Source: Gammaproteobacteria bacterium (GTDB taxonomy: Bacteria; Pseudomonadota; Gammaproteobacteria; Magnimaribacterales; D2472). Taken from it: 45,994 nucleotides of DNA. This document shows, in pieces, positions 28,972-38,651 of this stretch. The stretch covers positions 1-45,994 of the forward strand of contig CBFHIO010000002.1 in NCBI GenBank assembly GCA_965656035.1, given 5' to 3'. Each line of letters begins with the position of its first letter. The first letter of the stretch is position 1. The notes under the pieces were generated by a model. It worked only from the letters and a program-made list of their open reading frames with translations, was not told where the DNA came from and did not search any database. Position numbers and translations under genes: made by a program.

Positions 28972-29466
28972 ATGAAACAAATTTTTCTATTAAGGCATGC
29001 AAAATCTGATTGGAGCACCATGGGTCAACAAGATTTTGATCGGAGGCTTGCTAGTAGAGGAATTAAAGATATTTCTTTAATCTCTGATTATGTAAAAAAA
29101 AATAACTTTAAACTAGACGAAGTTCTTTGTAGTAGCGCAAATAGAACTAAGGAAACTTTTGATTTATGTGCAGATGGATTTAATTTTGATATTAAAAATG
29201 CTAGATACCTAGATGACCTTTATTACGGCAATCATAAATCAATAATAGATTTATTAGTTAATGTTAATCAGTCTGTAAATTCATTGCTTGTTGTTGGACA
29301 TAATCCAACTATGCATATTTTATTAGAGCAGTTAACAGGATTAAATATCAATAAGTATCCTACTTCTGCTCTTGCTCAAATTATTCTACAAAAAGAATGG
29401 AAAGACTTATTATTAAATAAATGTGAGTTAAAATTATTTCTTAGGCCTAAGGAGTTGAAATCTTGA
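28972..29466 (+). CDS. sixA: histidine phosphatase family protein (SixA-like phosphohistidine phosphatase)
   Basis: 164 aa with LLRHAKS (RHG-type motif) and VVGHNP. Confidence 0.7.
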   Translation: MKQIFLLRHAKSDWSTMGQQDFDRRLASRGIKDISLISDYVKKNNFKLDEVLCSSANRTKETFDLCADGFNFDIKNARYLDDLYYGNHKSIIDLLVNVNQSVNSLLVVGHNPTMHILLEQLTGLNINKYPTSALAQIILQKEWKDLLLNKCELKLFLRPKELKS

Positions 29467-29918
29467 AAGATATAGAAATTAAAATTATTAATCCTTTAAT
29501 GGGAGATTCAATCCCGATTCCAAAATATGAGACCAAAGGGTCTGCAGGAATTGATTTAAGAGCATGTATTGAAGAAAAAGTTCTTTTGGCAGCCGGAACC
29601 ACTTTCATGGTACCTATTGGTTTTGCTATGTATCTTGAAGATCCAAATTTAGCTGCTTTGGTTGTACCAAGATCTGGACTTGGATCAAAAAAAGGTATTG
29701 TATTAGGAAATTTAGTTGGTTTAATTGATTCAGATTATCAGGGCGAATTAATGGTCCCTGCATGGAATAGATCTAATAAGGATTTTGAAATTAATCCAGG
29801 TGACAGAATTGCTCAAATGATAATTGTTCCAGTTGTTCAGGCAAAATTTAAAATTGTAGAAAGTTTTAAAGAGTCAGAAAGGGGTGAAAAAGGTTTTGGT
29901 AGCTCGGGCTTAAATTGA
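29463..29918 (+). CDS. dut: dUTP diphosphatase
   Basis: 151 aa with [18 protein letters not shown] and GFGSSG motifs. The TTG start overlaps the sixA stop by 4 nt. Confidence 0.95.
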   Translation: MKDIEIKIINPLMGDSIPIPKYETKGSAGIDLRACIEEKVLLAAGTTFMVPIGFAMYLEDPNLAALVVPRSGLGSKKGIVLGNLVGLIDSDYQGELMVPAWNRSNKDFEINPGDRIAQMIIVPVVQAKFKIVESFKESERGEKGFGSSGLN

Positions 29919-29923
29919 TTATC

Positions 29924-30172
29924 TTACTTTTTTTTACCAAATCTTTCTTCAAATTTCTGCACTCTTCCACCAGTATCTATAATTTTCTGGGTACCGGTAT
30001 AAAAAGGATGAGAAGCAGAAGATATATCAAGTGGAAAATAAGGATATGTGTTTCCATCTTCCCATTTTTTAGTTTCAGAAGTTTCTAGAGTTGAGCGAAT
30101 GATCCAGTATTTATCAGCACTAGAGTCATGGAATAAAACTTCTCTGTATTCAGGATGTATATCTTTTTTCAT
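29924..30172 (-). CDS. rpmE2: 50S ribosomal protein L31, type B (no Cys zinc motif)
   Basis: MKKDIHPEY...HPFYTG...GRV.KF..RF. It lacks the CxxC pairs of type A L31. I prefer the ATG at 30172. The ORF-track start at 30229 adds a hydrophobic 19-aa extension that is not credible for a ribosomal protein. Confidence 0.9.
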   Translation of the reverse strand: MKKDIHPEYREVLFHDSSADKYWIIRSTLETSETKKWEDGNTYPYFPLDISSASHPFYTGTQKIIDTGGRVQKFEERFGKKK

Positions 30173-30232
30173 AATAAAATTAAAAATTAGGATGAGAACT
30201 ATAACAAAAAACAATTTCTTTACAATCAAAAA

Positions 30233-32221
30233 ATGAATATTTTTTTCTATGATGTGGCCATTTCAGTACCTTTAAGACAATGTTTTATTTATAGTTCTGA
30301 TTCTAAAATAGAGAAAGGCAGTCGTGTTCTTGTCCCATTTGGAAATAGAAAAGTCATTGGACTGGTCATTAAAAAATCCAAGGCGGCCACAGGAACGAAT
30401 ATCGAGATTAAAAAGATAATTTCTTCAATAGATACACTTCCCATTTTTAACAAGTCGGTTTTTAATACTATATTATGGTCGTCTGAGTATTATCATCATC
30501 CTATTGGCGAGGCTTTTAATACCTTTATTCCTAATCAGCTAAGAAAAGTAAACAATAAAGCAATAGAACCTCTTACGATTGATAAACATCATCAAATATC
30601 TATAAATGAAAAAGAAAAAAGATTTGACCTAACATCCGATCAATCAAAGGCCTTAAAACAACTTTTAAAATTAAATAGCTTCCAGCCATCCTTGTTATAT
30701 GGTGTTACTGGCTCAGGAAAAACTGAGGTTTACTTAGGATTGGTAGAAAATTGTATTAAGAATGGAAAGTCTGCACTTATTTTAGTCCCTGAAATAAATT
30801 TAACTCCTCAGTTATTTAATAGATTTACCTCTAGATTCAATGGCGATATAGGGCTCTATCATTCTAAACAAACTCCAGCCCAGCGACTAAAAGTTTGGTT
30901 AAAGGCTAGATTTGGCAATATCAAAATTTTAATTGGAACAAGATCTGCAGTATTAGTTCCAATGAAAAATATAGGATTAATTGTGATAGATGAAGAGCAT
31001 GATCAATCTTATAGACAATCAGAGGGGCTCAAATTCTCTGCAAGAGATATCGGCATTAAACGAGCTCAGGAAGAAAATATTCCTATTGTGCTTGGATCAG
31101 CTACGCCTTCTTTACAAACATTAAGGTTAGTCAAAGAAGGGAAATATAAAAAAATTGATATGCTAACTAGAGTAGATGGAAAAAATCCCCCCAAACTTAT
31201 TGCAATGGATATTAATGATACTGCTCTAATTGGTGGTATTGCCCCTGAAACTCTCAACATTATAGAGAGAACTCTTAACAAAAAAGAGCAAGTCTTAATT
31301 TTTATTAATAGAAGAGGGTTTGCACCAATATTCCAATGTGAATCATGCGGATGGATTGCTGATTGCAAATCTTGTGATTCTAATCTCGTATATCATCAAG
31401 AAAGATACAGGCTTATATGTCATAGATGTGAATCAGCATATAAAGTAAATGACGCATGCCCATCATGCCAATCTAAAAAGTTTCAAATGTATGGTACTGG
31501 AACCGAGCAGATCGAAGAGGTTTTGAGAACAAATTTTAAAAAAGTACCAATCATAAGGGTTGATCACGATACAACAAAAAAGGTCGGGGCGATGGAAGAT
31601 ATTATCAAAAAAATTAATTCTTCAGAATCCGCAATCTTGGTTGGCACTCAAATGCTTGCAAAAGGGCATGACTTTCCCAGGGTGACATTAAGCGTTATTC
31701 TCAATGCAGATAATGGACTAATAAGCCCTGAAATAAATGCCTTAGAAAAAATTTCACAACTTCTTATTCAAGTATCAGGAAGGGCAGGAAGAAGCAATAA
31801 ACTTGGCAAAGTGATAATACAAACAAGATATCCAGATGATATCAATTTAGGTCAGATAAAGACTGGAAATTATATGAACTTTGCATCCCAATGCCTTGAA
31901 AGAAATAAAAAAAACAATCTTCCTCCTTATGCGGCAATGTGCCTAATAAGATGCTCTTCGCCAACTCAAAAGAGTAATTTGGCTTTCTTAGAAAAAGCTA
32001 TTAATAAATTAGCCAATAGAAATGAAATATATGTCATTGGACCAATTCCATCAATGATTGCGAAATCAAAAGGCAATTACAGGCATAACATATATGTTCA
32101 GACTCCAAAAAGGACATACCTAAACAAAGTTTTAAAGTTTCTAGTAAAAGAGTTTGAGAGCTGGCCTGAGACAAAAAAGATTAAGTGGTCTTTTGACATA
32201 GACCCAATAGACATCAACTAG
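30233..32221 (+). CDS. priA: primosomal replication-restart helicase PriA
   Basis: 662 aa with [11 protein letters not shown] Walker A, the DEEHD box and a Cys-rich zinc insertion (CESCGW..CKSCDS..CHRCES..CPSCQS). It is divergent from the L31 gene, as in E. coli. Confidence 0.93.
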   Translation: MNIFFYDVAISVPLRQCFIYSSDSKIEKGSRVLVPFGNRKVIGLVIKKSKAATGTNIEIKKIISSIDTLPIFNKSVFNTILWSSEYYHHPIGEAFNTFIPNQLRKVNNKAIEPLTIDKHHQISINEKEKRFDLTSDQSKALKQLLKLNSFQPSLLYGVTGSGKTEVYLGLVENCIKNGKSALILVPEINLTPQLFNRFTSRFNGDIGLYHSKQTPAQRLKVWLKARFGNIKILIGTRSAVLVPMKNIGLIVIDEEHDQSYRQSEGLKFSARDIGIKRAQEENIPIVLGSATPSLQTLRLVKEGKYKKIDMLTRVDGKNPPKLIAMDINDTALIGGIAPETLNIIERTLNKKEQVLIFINRRGFAPIFQCESCGWIADCKSCDSNLVYHQERYRLICHRCESAYKVNDACPSCQSKKFQMYGTGTEQIEEVLRTNFKKVPIIRVDHDTTKKVGAMEDIIKKINSSESAILVGTQMLAKGHDFPRVTLSVILNADNGLISPEINALEKISQLLIQVSGRAGRSNKLGKVIIQTRYPDDINLGQIKTGNYMNFASQCLERNKKNNLPPYAAMCLIRCSSPTQKSNLAFLEKAINKLANRNEIYVIGPIPSMIAKSKGNYRHNIYVQTPKRTYLNKVLKFLVKEFESWPETKKIKWSFDIDPIDIN

Positions 32222-33468
32222 AGATATATTTTTAATATTTGTCCAGGATATATCGGCCTATTATTCAGTTTATTTTTTTGACTAATAGACTCTACTGTTA
32301 CGCCAAATCTAATTGCAATCTCTGAAAGAACATCTCCTTTTTGGATCGTATACTCTAAATAGTCAGTGCTTTCATTTATTAAAGTTCCAGATATGGGATT
32401 TTCAATAAAATAATTATGTACTCCAAGAAAAATAGATCTTGCAATCATTCTTCTTCCAGGTTTTCCCTTAAGTCTTGCAGCATCCTCGGGATTGGTTATA
32501 AATCCTGATTCTACCAGTACAGATGGAATATCAATTGATTTAAGAACTCTAAAGTCAGCATACTCAACATTTTTTTTATGAATTTTGGTAAATGGATCTC
32601 TTTTGAGTTGGTCTAATATTTTTGTTCCGAGAATCTCGCTTTGTTTGATCTTGTTCTCATAAACATTTGGATAAAGTTCTCTTGCCAAATCTTCATTGAA
32701 GTCAGTTGGTCTCAAATTGTTAATTTCTGCCAAAATCCTCTCTCTTTTTTTATTAGATAAATTTCTTGCAATAGTGCTAGAGGCTTCTTCAGACCATATA
32801 AAAACTGATGCACCTTTCACTGAAGAAAGTCTAAAACCATCGGCGTGAATGGATATAAAAATATCTGCTCCATTTTTACGCGCATCTTGATATCTCTTAT
32901 TAAGACTAATGGTTTGGTCCCCATCTCTTATCATTATTGGCTGATAGCCCTTTGTATCTCTTAGAGTTCTTTCAATTTCTTTTGCGATAAGCAATGTTAC
33001 ATCTTTTTCTAATATATTATTCGGCCCAACAGCTCCTGGATATTTCCCTCCATGCCCAGCATCAATAGCAACAATAATATCTCTCATATTTTCTTTTAAA
33101 GATTTATCTTTAAGCAACCTAATGTTCATGAGAACACCAGAGTCTATTTCTTGTTGTAATGGCTTGTGCCAAAAAACATGGTCGTATAAATCAACAACTA
33201 CTCTTGTAAGATTATTATCTTGAGAAGATCTTATTTTCTTAATAGGGTAGTTGTATATTTCATTTATTGGTTTTTTAGAGTATGCACCATTAATTTCTAA
33301 TACTAATCTTGAAGGGTTCTCTAAGGAATAAGAATTTATATACGCTACCTGTTCTAAGTTGAATGAAACATTTACAGTTCCATCCTCATACTCATCAATG
33401 GCATTAAATTGAATCTCATTCGCATGAATGAAATAAGTCAAAATTAATAACGGTAAGAACCTATGCAT
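32218..33468 (-). CDS. amiB: N-acetylmuramoyl-L-alanine amidase (AMIN domain, Amidase_3, C-terminal LysM)
   Basis: 416 aa with a signal peptide, the IDAGHGG motif and a C-terminal LysM (YTIQKGDVLSEIA...). The nnr-tsaE-amiB synteny supports the call. Confidence 0.85.
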   Translation of the reverse strand: MHRFLPLLILTYFIHANEIQFNAIDEYEDGTVNVSFNLEQVAYINSYSLENPSRLVLEINGAYSKKPINEIYNYPIKKIRSSQDNNLTRVVVDLYDHVFWHKPLQQEIDSGVLMNIRLLKDKSLKENMRDIIVAIDAGHGGKYPGAVGPNNILEKDVTLLIAKEIERTLRDTKGYQPIMIRDGDQTISLNKRYQDARKNGADIFISIHADGFRLSSVKGASVFIWSEEASSTIARNLSNKKRERILAEINNLRPTDFNEDLARELYPNVYENKIKQSEILGTKILDQLKRDPFTKIHKKNVEYADFRVLKSIDIPSVLVESGFITNPEDAARLKGKPGRRMIARSIFLGVHNYFIENPISGTLINESTDYLEYTIQKGDVLSEIAIRFGVTVESISQKNKLNNRPIYPGQILKIYL

Positions 33469-33922
33469 AATTCGTTTCTAGAGTTTTAAAAACATTAGAG
33501 CCATGAGTAATATTTATTTTACGCTTATTTTCTAAATGAAAAAAATCAATTTTTAGATCATATTTTCTTTCAAGCTGGAGCCTTTCCGGCCATTCAATTA
33601 AAACAATTTTCTTTTTGCCCAAAGTCCTATCTAAATTAAAAATATCTATGTCTTGAGCTTCATCAGTTCTATAAAGATCTATATGTAAAAAAAGAAACTT
33701 ATCCAAATCATATTCTTCACAAAGCGTATAAGTTGGGCTCTTAACAAGATCATCCCAACCACAATTTTTAATAATCGACCTAGTTATAAAAGTTTTTCCA
33801 GAGCCCAGGTCACCTTGAAGATGAATTTCAATATTTTGCTTATCAGAACTTTTAATTATTTCAGAAATTTCTTGGCCAAGTTTATTAGTGGCGCCATCAT
33901 TTTCAAGAATTAGATTTTTCAT
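33461..33922 (-). CDS. tsaE: tRNA t6A37 biosynthesis ATPase TsaE
   Basis: 153 aa with the GDLGSGKTFITR P-loop and SPTYTL motif. Confidence 0.85.
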   Translation of the reverse strand: MKNLILENDGATNKLGQEISEIIKSSDKQNIEIHLQGDLGSGKTFITRSIIKNCGWDDLVKSPTYTLCEEYDLDKFLFLHIDLYRTDEAQDIDIFNLDRTLGKKKIVLIEWPERLQLERKYDLKIDFFHLENKRKINITHGSNVFKTLETNYA

Positions 33923-34746
33923 TTGTTTAAAAGTTTCCTTATTATAGGAATTATTGCTGTAGCATTTAAACCAATTTCACCATATTTATCAGCAAATATT
34001 TCGCCAGCCTTAGCATGAACAGCAACACTCAATAAGCATGCATCATATAATGAGATACCCTGGGCAAGCAAAGCACTAACAACGCCGCATAATATATCTC
34101 CAGTTCCGCCTGTTGATAGTTCAGGCCCTCCGTCTTCACATACAAAAGTTTGTTTTTTATCTTTAAAGTAAACAACAGTTTTATTGCCTTTTAAAATTAC
34201 ACAAGATGCATTAAATTTTTCTGAAATTATTTGTGCCGCCTCTTCTCTATTTTTTTGTATTTCATGTATTGGTATTTCAAGCAAATTACTAGCTTCACCT
34301 GGGTGAGGAGTGAGAATGGTATTATTTGAAATTGTTAGATTATGATCTTTTAAATGTTGCAAGCCGCCGGCGTCAATTATCAAGCTTGATTCTTGTGGAA
34401 TATTTTTAAGATGTTCTGGCATTTTATTCGACCATTCATCATTTTGCATTCCAGGACCATAAAGAATTACACTAAAGTTTTCTGATATAGGAAAAAATTT
34501 ACTAATTCCCAACGCTATCACCTCTGGGTTTCTTATAAGAGAAGCCTCAACATTTGATTTGTGTGTGTGGAGAGTCACCAATCCTGCTCCCGAATATAGG
34601 CTTGCCTCAGACGCCATTATTCCTGCTCCACCAAGCCCCCTAGATCCAGCTATTACAAGAACCCTGCCATTTAAGCCTTTGTGTGAATTTGATTTCCTTT
34701 TAGGTATGCTAATATTCAAATTCTCAAAATTGAAGGCCTTGTTCAT
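33919..34746 (-). CDS. nnrD: ADP-dependent NAD(P)H-hydrate dehydratase (YjeF C-terminal domain only)
   Basis: It has HKGLNGRVLVIAGS...GGAG and GGTGDILCG motifs. I prefer the ATG at 34746 (MNKAFNF...). The ORF-track start at 34869 would overlap the upstream gene by 119 nt and adds non-homologous sequence. Confidence 0.85.
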   Translation of the reverse strand: MNKAFNFENLNISIPKRKSNSHKGLNGRVLVIAGSRGLGGAGIMASEASLYSGAGLVTLHTHKSNVEASLIRNPEVIALGISKFFPISENFSVILYGPGMQNDEWSNKMPEHLKNIPQESSLIIDAGGLQHLKDHNLTISNNTILTPHPGEASNLLEIPIHEIQKNREEAAQIISEKFNASCVILKGNKTVVYFKDKKQTFVCEDGGPELSTGGTGDILCGVVSALLAQGISLYDACLLSVAVHAKAGEIFADKYGEIGLNATAIIPIIRKLLNK

Positions 34747-34750
34747 GATT

Positions 34751-36118
34751 TTATTTTTGAGTGAAGTAGCCAATCCTGTCTGAGTGGAAAGAGCCCATAA
34801 AGATTGCATCTCCAACAGGAAGAGCGATTGTTGGGAGCCCAAAAACGGTCTTGTTAAAAGAGTTCTCATTTTTTAAATCAAAAGTCTCTGTGTCTATTTC
34901 GTAAATAGAGAATGGCAATGAACATGCTGGTCTTCTGATGCAGTCTCCTGCATCGTTTGGCTGAAAATCTAGTGATGTGAGCCAAATAGAATTTTTATTT
35001 ATGTAAATATTATCTGGGGACTCTAATTTAAAAGTTTGAAGTTTTTTATTTTCTGATAGATCAAATTTTACAACTTGATCTCCCTGGTTGTAACTTATAA
35101 ATAAATTATTAGTTAACTCATTGAAGGCTATACCGTTCGGACCACTACCTTCAGAGTTGGGAATCTCAAGAAAGCTATCTTTATTCCACTCAAGAATAAC
35201 ACCAGAATCTTTTTTAAGTAGAGCGGTCATTAGCCACTTTGTCATAGTAATGTCTCTTGAATACATATGAGATACATAAAAGGTGCCGTCTTTTTTTAAG
35301 GCAATATCATTAAGATAGTATTTTTTTGGAACCTCAACACAACCTCTCCAGACAAATGACCATGTATCTTGTTCAGGTCTTTGAACTAATTCAAACATCT
35401 CTATGGTTTCTTCAGGATAATGGTTTATTACCCCAAGCTGATAACTACCGTCAAGCCGTTGAACAAGATCTATACCGTGTGGGCCAAATATGTCATTTGG
35501 CATACAAGAATCTTCGCCCCACATATTTTTATCAAAGGCAATTTCTGGTGTAATTATTTTATTATCAGACAATCTCAACAGGGCAAAACCCCCTGATTTA
35601 GTTGAGTCATAAGGACGAATACCGCCGAACTCAGAAATTAAAAGATATTTTTTATCGGGAGTAAACACAATATCTTCCGGATTTGAAACCCCACATATTA
35701 CCGAAATAGCATCATCTGATTCACACCTGCTAATATCTTTTTGAGGTCCAATGTAATCAGTTGTAACCGTAAAAAAAGCCAATGAAATCATTGCTACTGA
35801 TATTAAAATACTAAATTTATAATAATGGTTTAAATACAGGGGAAGTATCTTTTTTATCTTTTCTAAAAAGAATATGACGACCAACCCCCTCATACATAAA
35901 AGAATGCCTACTATCAAAGTAAGAAGAATCCAAAGTCTTTCTGCCCAATCGTAATTTATAGAAAATATTACCATTACCATACCTGTTAAAAAGGTAAGAC
36001 CACCTAATATATTAAGATTTTGAGCCTCATCCACTTTCTTACAAATAAAAATTATTAGTGGCTTAACCCACAAAAGTAGAGATAAAAAAAGAAAAAAGAA
36101 GAAATAAAAATAATTCAT
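34751..36118 (-). CDS. membrane-anchored paraoxonase/arylesterase-like six-bladed beta-propeller (putative Ca-dependent lactonase)
   Basis: 455 aa. The N-terminal 120 aa or so contain about four hydrophobic helices. The remainder aligns by eye along human PON1 recalled from memory: PEDI with SEDL, GPHGID...VINH with NPHGIS...VVNH, LNDIA with LNDIV, GPNGIA with FANGIN, PDNIY with VDNIS. Confidence 0.65.
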   Translation of the reverse strand: MNYFYFFFFLFLSLLLWVKPLIIFICKKVDEAQNLNILGGLTFLTGMVMVIFSINYDWAERLWILLTLIVGILLCMRGLVVIFFLEKIKKILPLYLNHYYKFSILISVAMISLAFFTVTTDYIGPQKDISRCESDDAISVICGVSNPEDIVFTPDKKYLLISEFGGIRPYDSTKSGGFALLRLSDNKIITPEIAFDKNMWGEDSCMPNDIFGPHGIDLVQRLDGSYQLGVINHYPEETIEMFELVQRPEQDTWSFVWRGCVEVPKKYYLNDIALKKDGTFYVSHMYSRDITMTKWLMTALLKKDSGVILEWNKDSFLEIPNSEGSGPNGIAFNELTNNLFISYNQGDQVVKFDLSENKKLQTFKLESPDNIYINKNSIWLTSLDFQPNDAGDCIRRPACSLPFSIYEIDTETFDLKNENSFNKTVFGLPTIALPVGDAIFMGSFHSDRIGYFTQK

Positions 36119-36127
36119 AAATTAATA

Positions 36128-37015
36128 CTAACTACACCTTTCTTTTATTAGCTTAATGACTTCATGAGGTTTATCTAGAGGTACGTGATGAGCAGCATCT
36201 GGTATTTCTATAAATTCCATTATGTCGCCGTACATACTCTTAACATTTTCTAGCAAAAAACCACTAGTTAACAAACTATCAGCACCATGAACAAAGAGCG
36301 CAGGACAAGAAAAGGAGTAATGATACTCAAAAAGTCTTTCAAGACTTGTAAACACAACTTCATCAAAGCGCCATCTCCAACCATCTTCAGTTTCTTTAAT
36401 AGAGTATTCGGCAATATATCTAACGTACCAGTCATTTAAACACTCTTGACTTGGCATTAATCGGAATCTTTGAAGAATAGTATTTTTGTCAGGATAATAC
36501 CTGATCATGGCAAGAGGCCCTCTATGCTTTGAAGCATCGTAGTCAGGAGGTCTTATGAAGGTATCAATAATGATTACATTAGTTATAAGATCTTTTCTCT
36601 CGGTTGCAATATATCCTGCTACATGACCCCCAAGAGAATGCCCGACTATACTAACGGTTTCCAACCCATAGTCTGATTTTTCTTTTTCGATTATTTCTGT
36701 AACACAATTCCCGTAATCTATAATGCTATATTTTTCTCTAAAGTCAGAGAAACCCATACCAGGTAAATCTATTGCTATTATGTTTCCAATTTCTTTTATT
36801 TGCGGTCCAATAGGATCCCACCACTTTTTGTGAGCTCCGCCACCGTGTAAAAGAATAATAAGATTTTTATTAGCAGAGCTAGTTGCCCATTTTGAGTAAG
36901 ATACATTCCCCAATTTATGTTCAAATATTTTTTCTTCAGGTTTATCTTGTATGGCTTGATGAAACCAATCTGGAGCATGAAGAATATCGTCTTTAAGATT
37001 GTTAGTTATATTCAT
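36128..37015 (-). CDS. alpha/beta-fold hydrolase
   Basis: 295 aa with an HGGG oxyanion region, a GHSLGG nucleophile elbow and a C-terminal HGADS...AAHHV segment (Asp/His of the triad). Confidence 0.75.
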   Translation of the reverse strand: MNITNNLKDDILHAPDWFHQAIQDKPEEKIFEHKLGNVSYSKWATSSANKNLIILLHGGGAHKKWWDPIGPQIKEIGNIIAIDLPGMGFSDFREKYSIIDYGNCVTEIIEKEKSDYGLETVSIVGHSLGGHVAGYIATERKDLITNVIIIDTFIRPPDYDASKHRGPLAMIRYYPDKNTILQRFRLMPSQECLNDWYVRYIAEYSIKETEDGWRWRFDEVVFTSLERLFEYHYSFSCPALFVHGADSLLTSGFLLENVKSMYGDIMEFIEIPDAAHHVPLDKPHEVIKLIKERCS

Positions 37016-37047
37016 AGACAGTATTCTAAGCTAATAAATTAATAATT

Positions 37048-37842
37048 ATGAATAATCTTTCGCTTGTACCGGCTGCAACAGTACTTTTAATAAGGGATTC
37101 CGATGAAGGATTGCAAGTTTTAATGGTTAAAAGGTCTAAAAGACCTCCGTTTGAAAATCTTTATGTTTTTCCTGGTGGTAAAATAGACCAGTGCGACAAA
37201 GATCAAAATTTATACGATTTATGTCCCAACCTTGATGATAAATTAGCTTCTGCCAAGCTTGGAATAGATGAAGGAGGACTCTCATACTGGATTGCTTGTG
37301 TAAGAGAGTGTTTTGAGGAAGTTGGAATTCTATTAGCCAAAAGAAAAGATGGAGAAGAGCTTGATTTAAATGGCTCTGAAAAACAAAAGTTTAATGATTA
37401 CAGAAAGATGCTTATAGAGAGCCAAATAAGCCTTAAAGAAATATGTCATCAAGAAAGATTGGTACTAAATTTAGATAGCATAGAGCCTTTCTCTCATTGG
37501 ATTACTCCCAAAATTGAAATCAAAAGGTTCGATACAAGGTTCTTTGTTGCATATATCCCATCAAAACAAACTGAAAAACATGATGGAACAGAACTTACAG
37601 ATAGTTTATGGATCTCTCCAAAACAAGCATTAAAATTATCATTAACTGGACAAATGCCAATGATAATGCCTACTGTAAAAAATCTAGAACAATGCTTAAA
37701 ATTTGATTCAGGAAAAGATTTATTGGAACATCAATCAAAACTTACTAATGATGATATTCCTGCAATATTACCTAAATTTTTTAAAAAAGATGGTAGATGG
37801 GTAGGTTTATTGCCCGATGATATAGATTACGATAGATATTAA
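37048..37842 (+). CDS. Nudix hydrolase with an interrupted Nudix box (NUDT19-like; possible acyl-CoA diphosphatase)
   Basis: 264 aa. VFPGGKID is followed by an insertion of about 35 aa and then RECFEEVGILL. Confidence 0.7.
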   Translation: MNNLSLVPAATVLLIRDSDEGLQVLMVKRSKRPPFENLYVFPGGKIDQCDKDQNLYDLCPNLDDKLASAKLGIDEGGLSYWIACVRECFEEVGILLAKRKDGEELDLNGSEKQKFNDYRKMLIESQISLKEICHQERLVLNLDSIEPFSHWITPKIEIKRFDTRFFVAYIPSKQTEKHDGTELTDSLWISPKQALKLSLTGQMPMIMPTVKNLEQCLKFDSGKDLLEHQSKLTNDDIPAILPKFFKKDGRWVGLLPDDIDYDRY

Positions 37843-37853
37843 TATACAAAGTA

Positions 37854-38651
37854 ATGAGCTTGATAAAGAAAATCACTGCACCTAATCCAAGCGTATTTAC
37901 TGGAAAAGGAACTAATACTTATTTAATTGGCAGGGATGATATTTCTGTAATTGATCCTGGCCCAAATATTCCTGAGCATATTGAAGAAGTAATTAAATTG
38001 GGCAATGGGAACATCAAAAGAATTATAGTGACACACACCCATACAGATCACTCGCCTGCAGCATTGCCACTTTCAAAAAAATTGAATATTCCTATGTATG
38101 GAAAATTAGTTGAAGGAGATTCTTCATGGGAAGATGGAACATTCTCTCCTGATATTGTTTTACATGATTTAGATAAAATAGAAACGGAGGAATATATATT
38201 GGAAGCTATTCATACCCCCGGTCATGCATCAAATCACTTTTGCTTTTTAATTAAAAATTTAAATTGTTTAATAACTGGTGATCATATTATGGATGGCTCA
38301 ACAGTAGTGATTGGTCCTCCGGATGGGAATATGAACGACTATCTTAATTCTTTAAAACGGCTATTAACTTTAAAGGTTGATTTTTTTGCACCAGGTCATG
38401 GCAAGTATATGTACGAACCTAAGAAAACCATTCAATCGATCATTAGACACAGATTAGCTAGAGAAAATAAAACCATTAGAAAGCTTCAAAGCCATGGCAA
38501 GAACACATTGGATGGTCTTGTACAATATGTCTACGATGATGTATCAGAACAGCTTCACCCTATTGCCAAATTTAGTTTAGAGGCTCATCTGATAAAGCTT
38601 ATTGGAGATAATAAGGTTGAGAGGGATGGAGATTTTTATATATTGTCTTGA
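37854..38651 (+). CDS. MBL-fold metallo-hydrolase (LACTB2-like, with C-terminal winged-helix-like extension)
   Basis: 265 aa with the HTHTDH motif, downstream His/Asp ligands (HTPGH, GDH, PGHG) and a C-terminal tail of about 60 aa. Confidence 0.8.
   Translation: MSLIKKITAPNPSVFTGKGTNTYLIGRDDISVIDPGPNIPEHIEEVIKLGNGNIKRIIVTHTHTDHSPAALPLSKKLNIPMYGKLVEGDSSWEDGTFSPDIVLHDLDKIETEEYILEAIHTPGHASNHFCFLIKNLNCLITGDHIMDGSTVVIGPPDGNMNDYLNSLKRLLTLKVDFFAPGHGKYMYEPKKTIQSIIRHRLARENKTIRKLQSHGKNTLDGLVQYVYDDVSEQLHPIAKFSLEAHLIKLIGDNKVERDGDFYILS

Noticed and set aside
30173-30229. Hydrophobic 19-aa N-terminal extension of the L31 ORF
   Set aside because: L31 proteins begin MKK.IHP. The extension is a run of F/I/L codons from AT-rich upstream DNA, and the internal ATG at 30172 gives the canonical N-terminus.
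34747-34869. 41-aa N-terminal extension of the nnrD ORF, possibly a remnant of the epimerase domain
   Set aside because: It overlaps the 3' end of the PON-like gene by 119 nt, shows no YjeF_N-like motifs, and the ATG at 34746 gives a normal dehydratase N-terminus.
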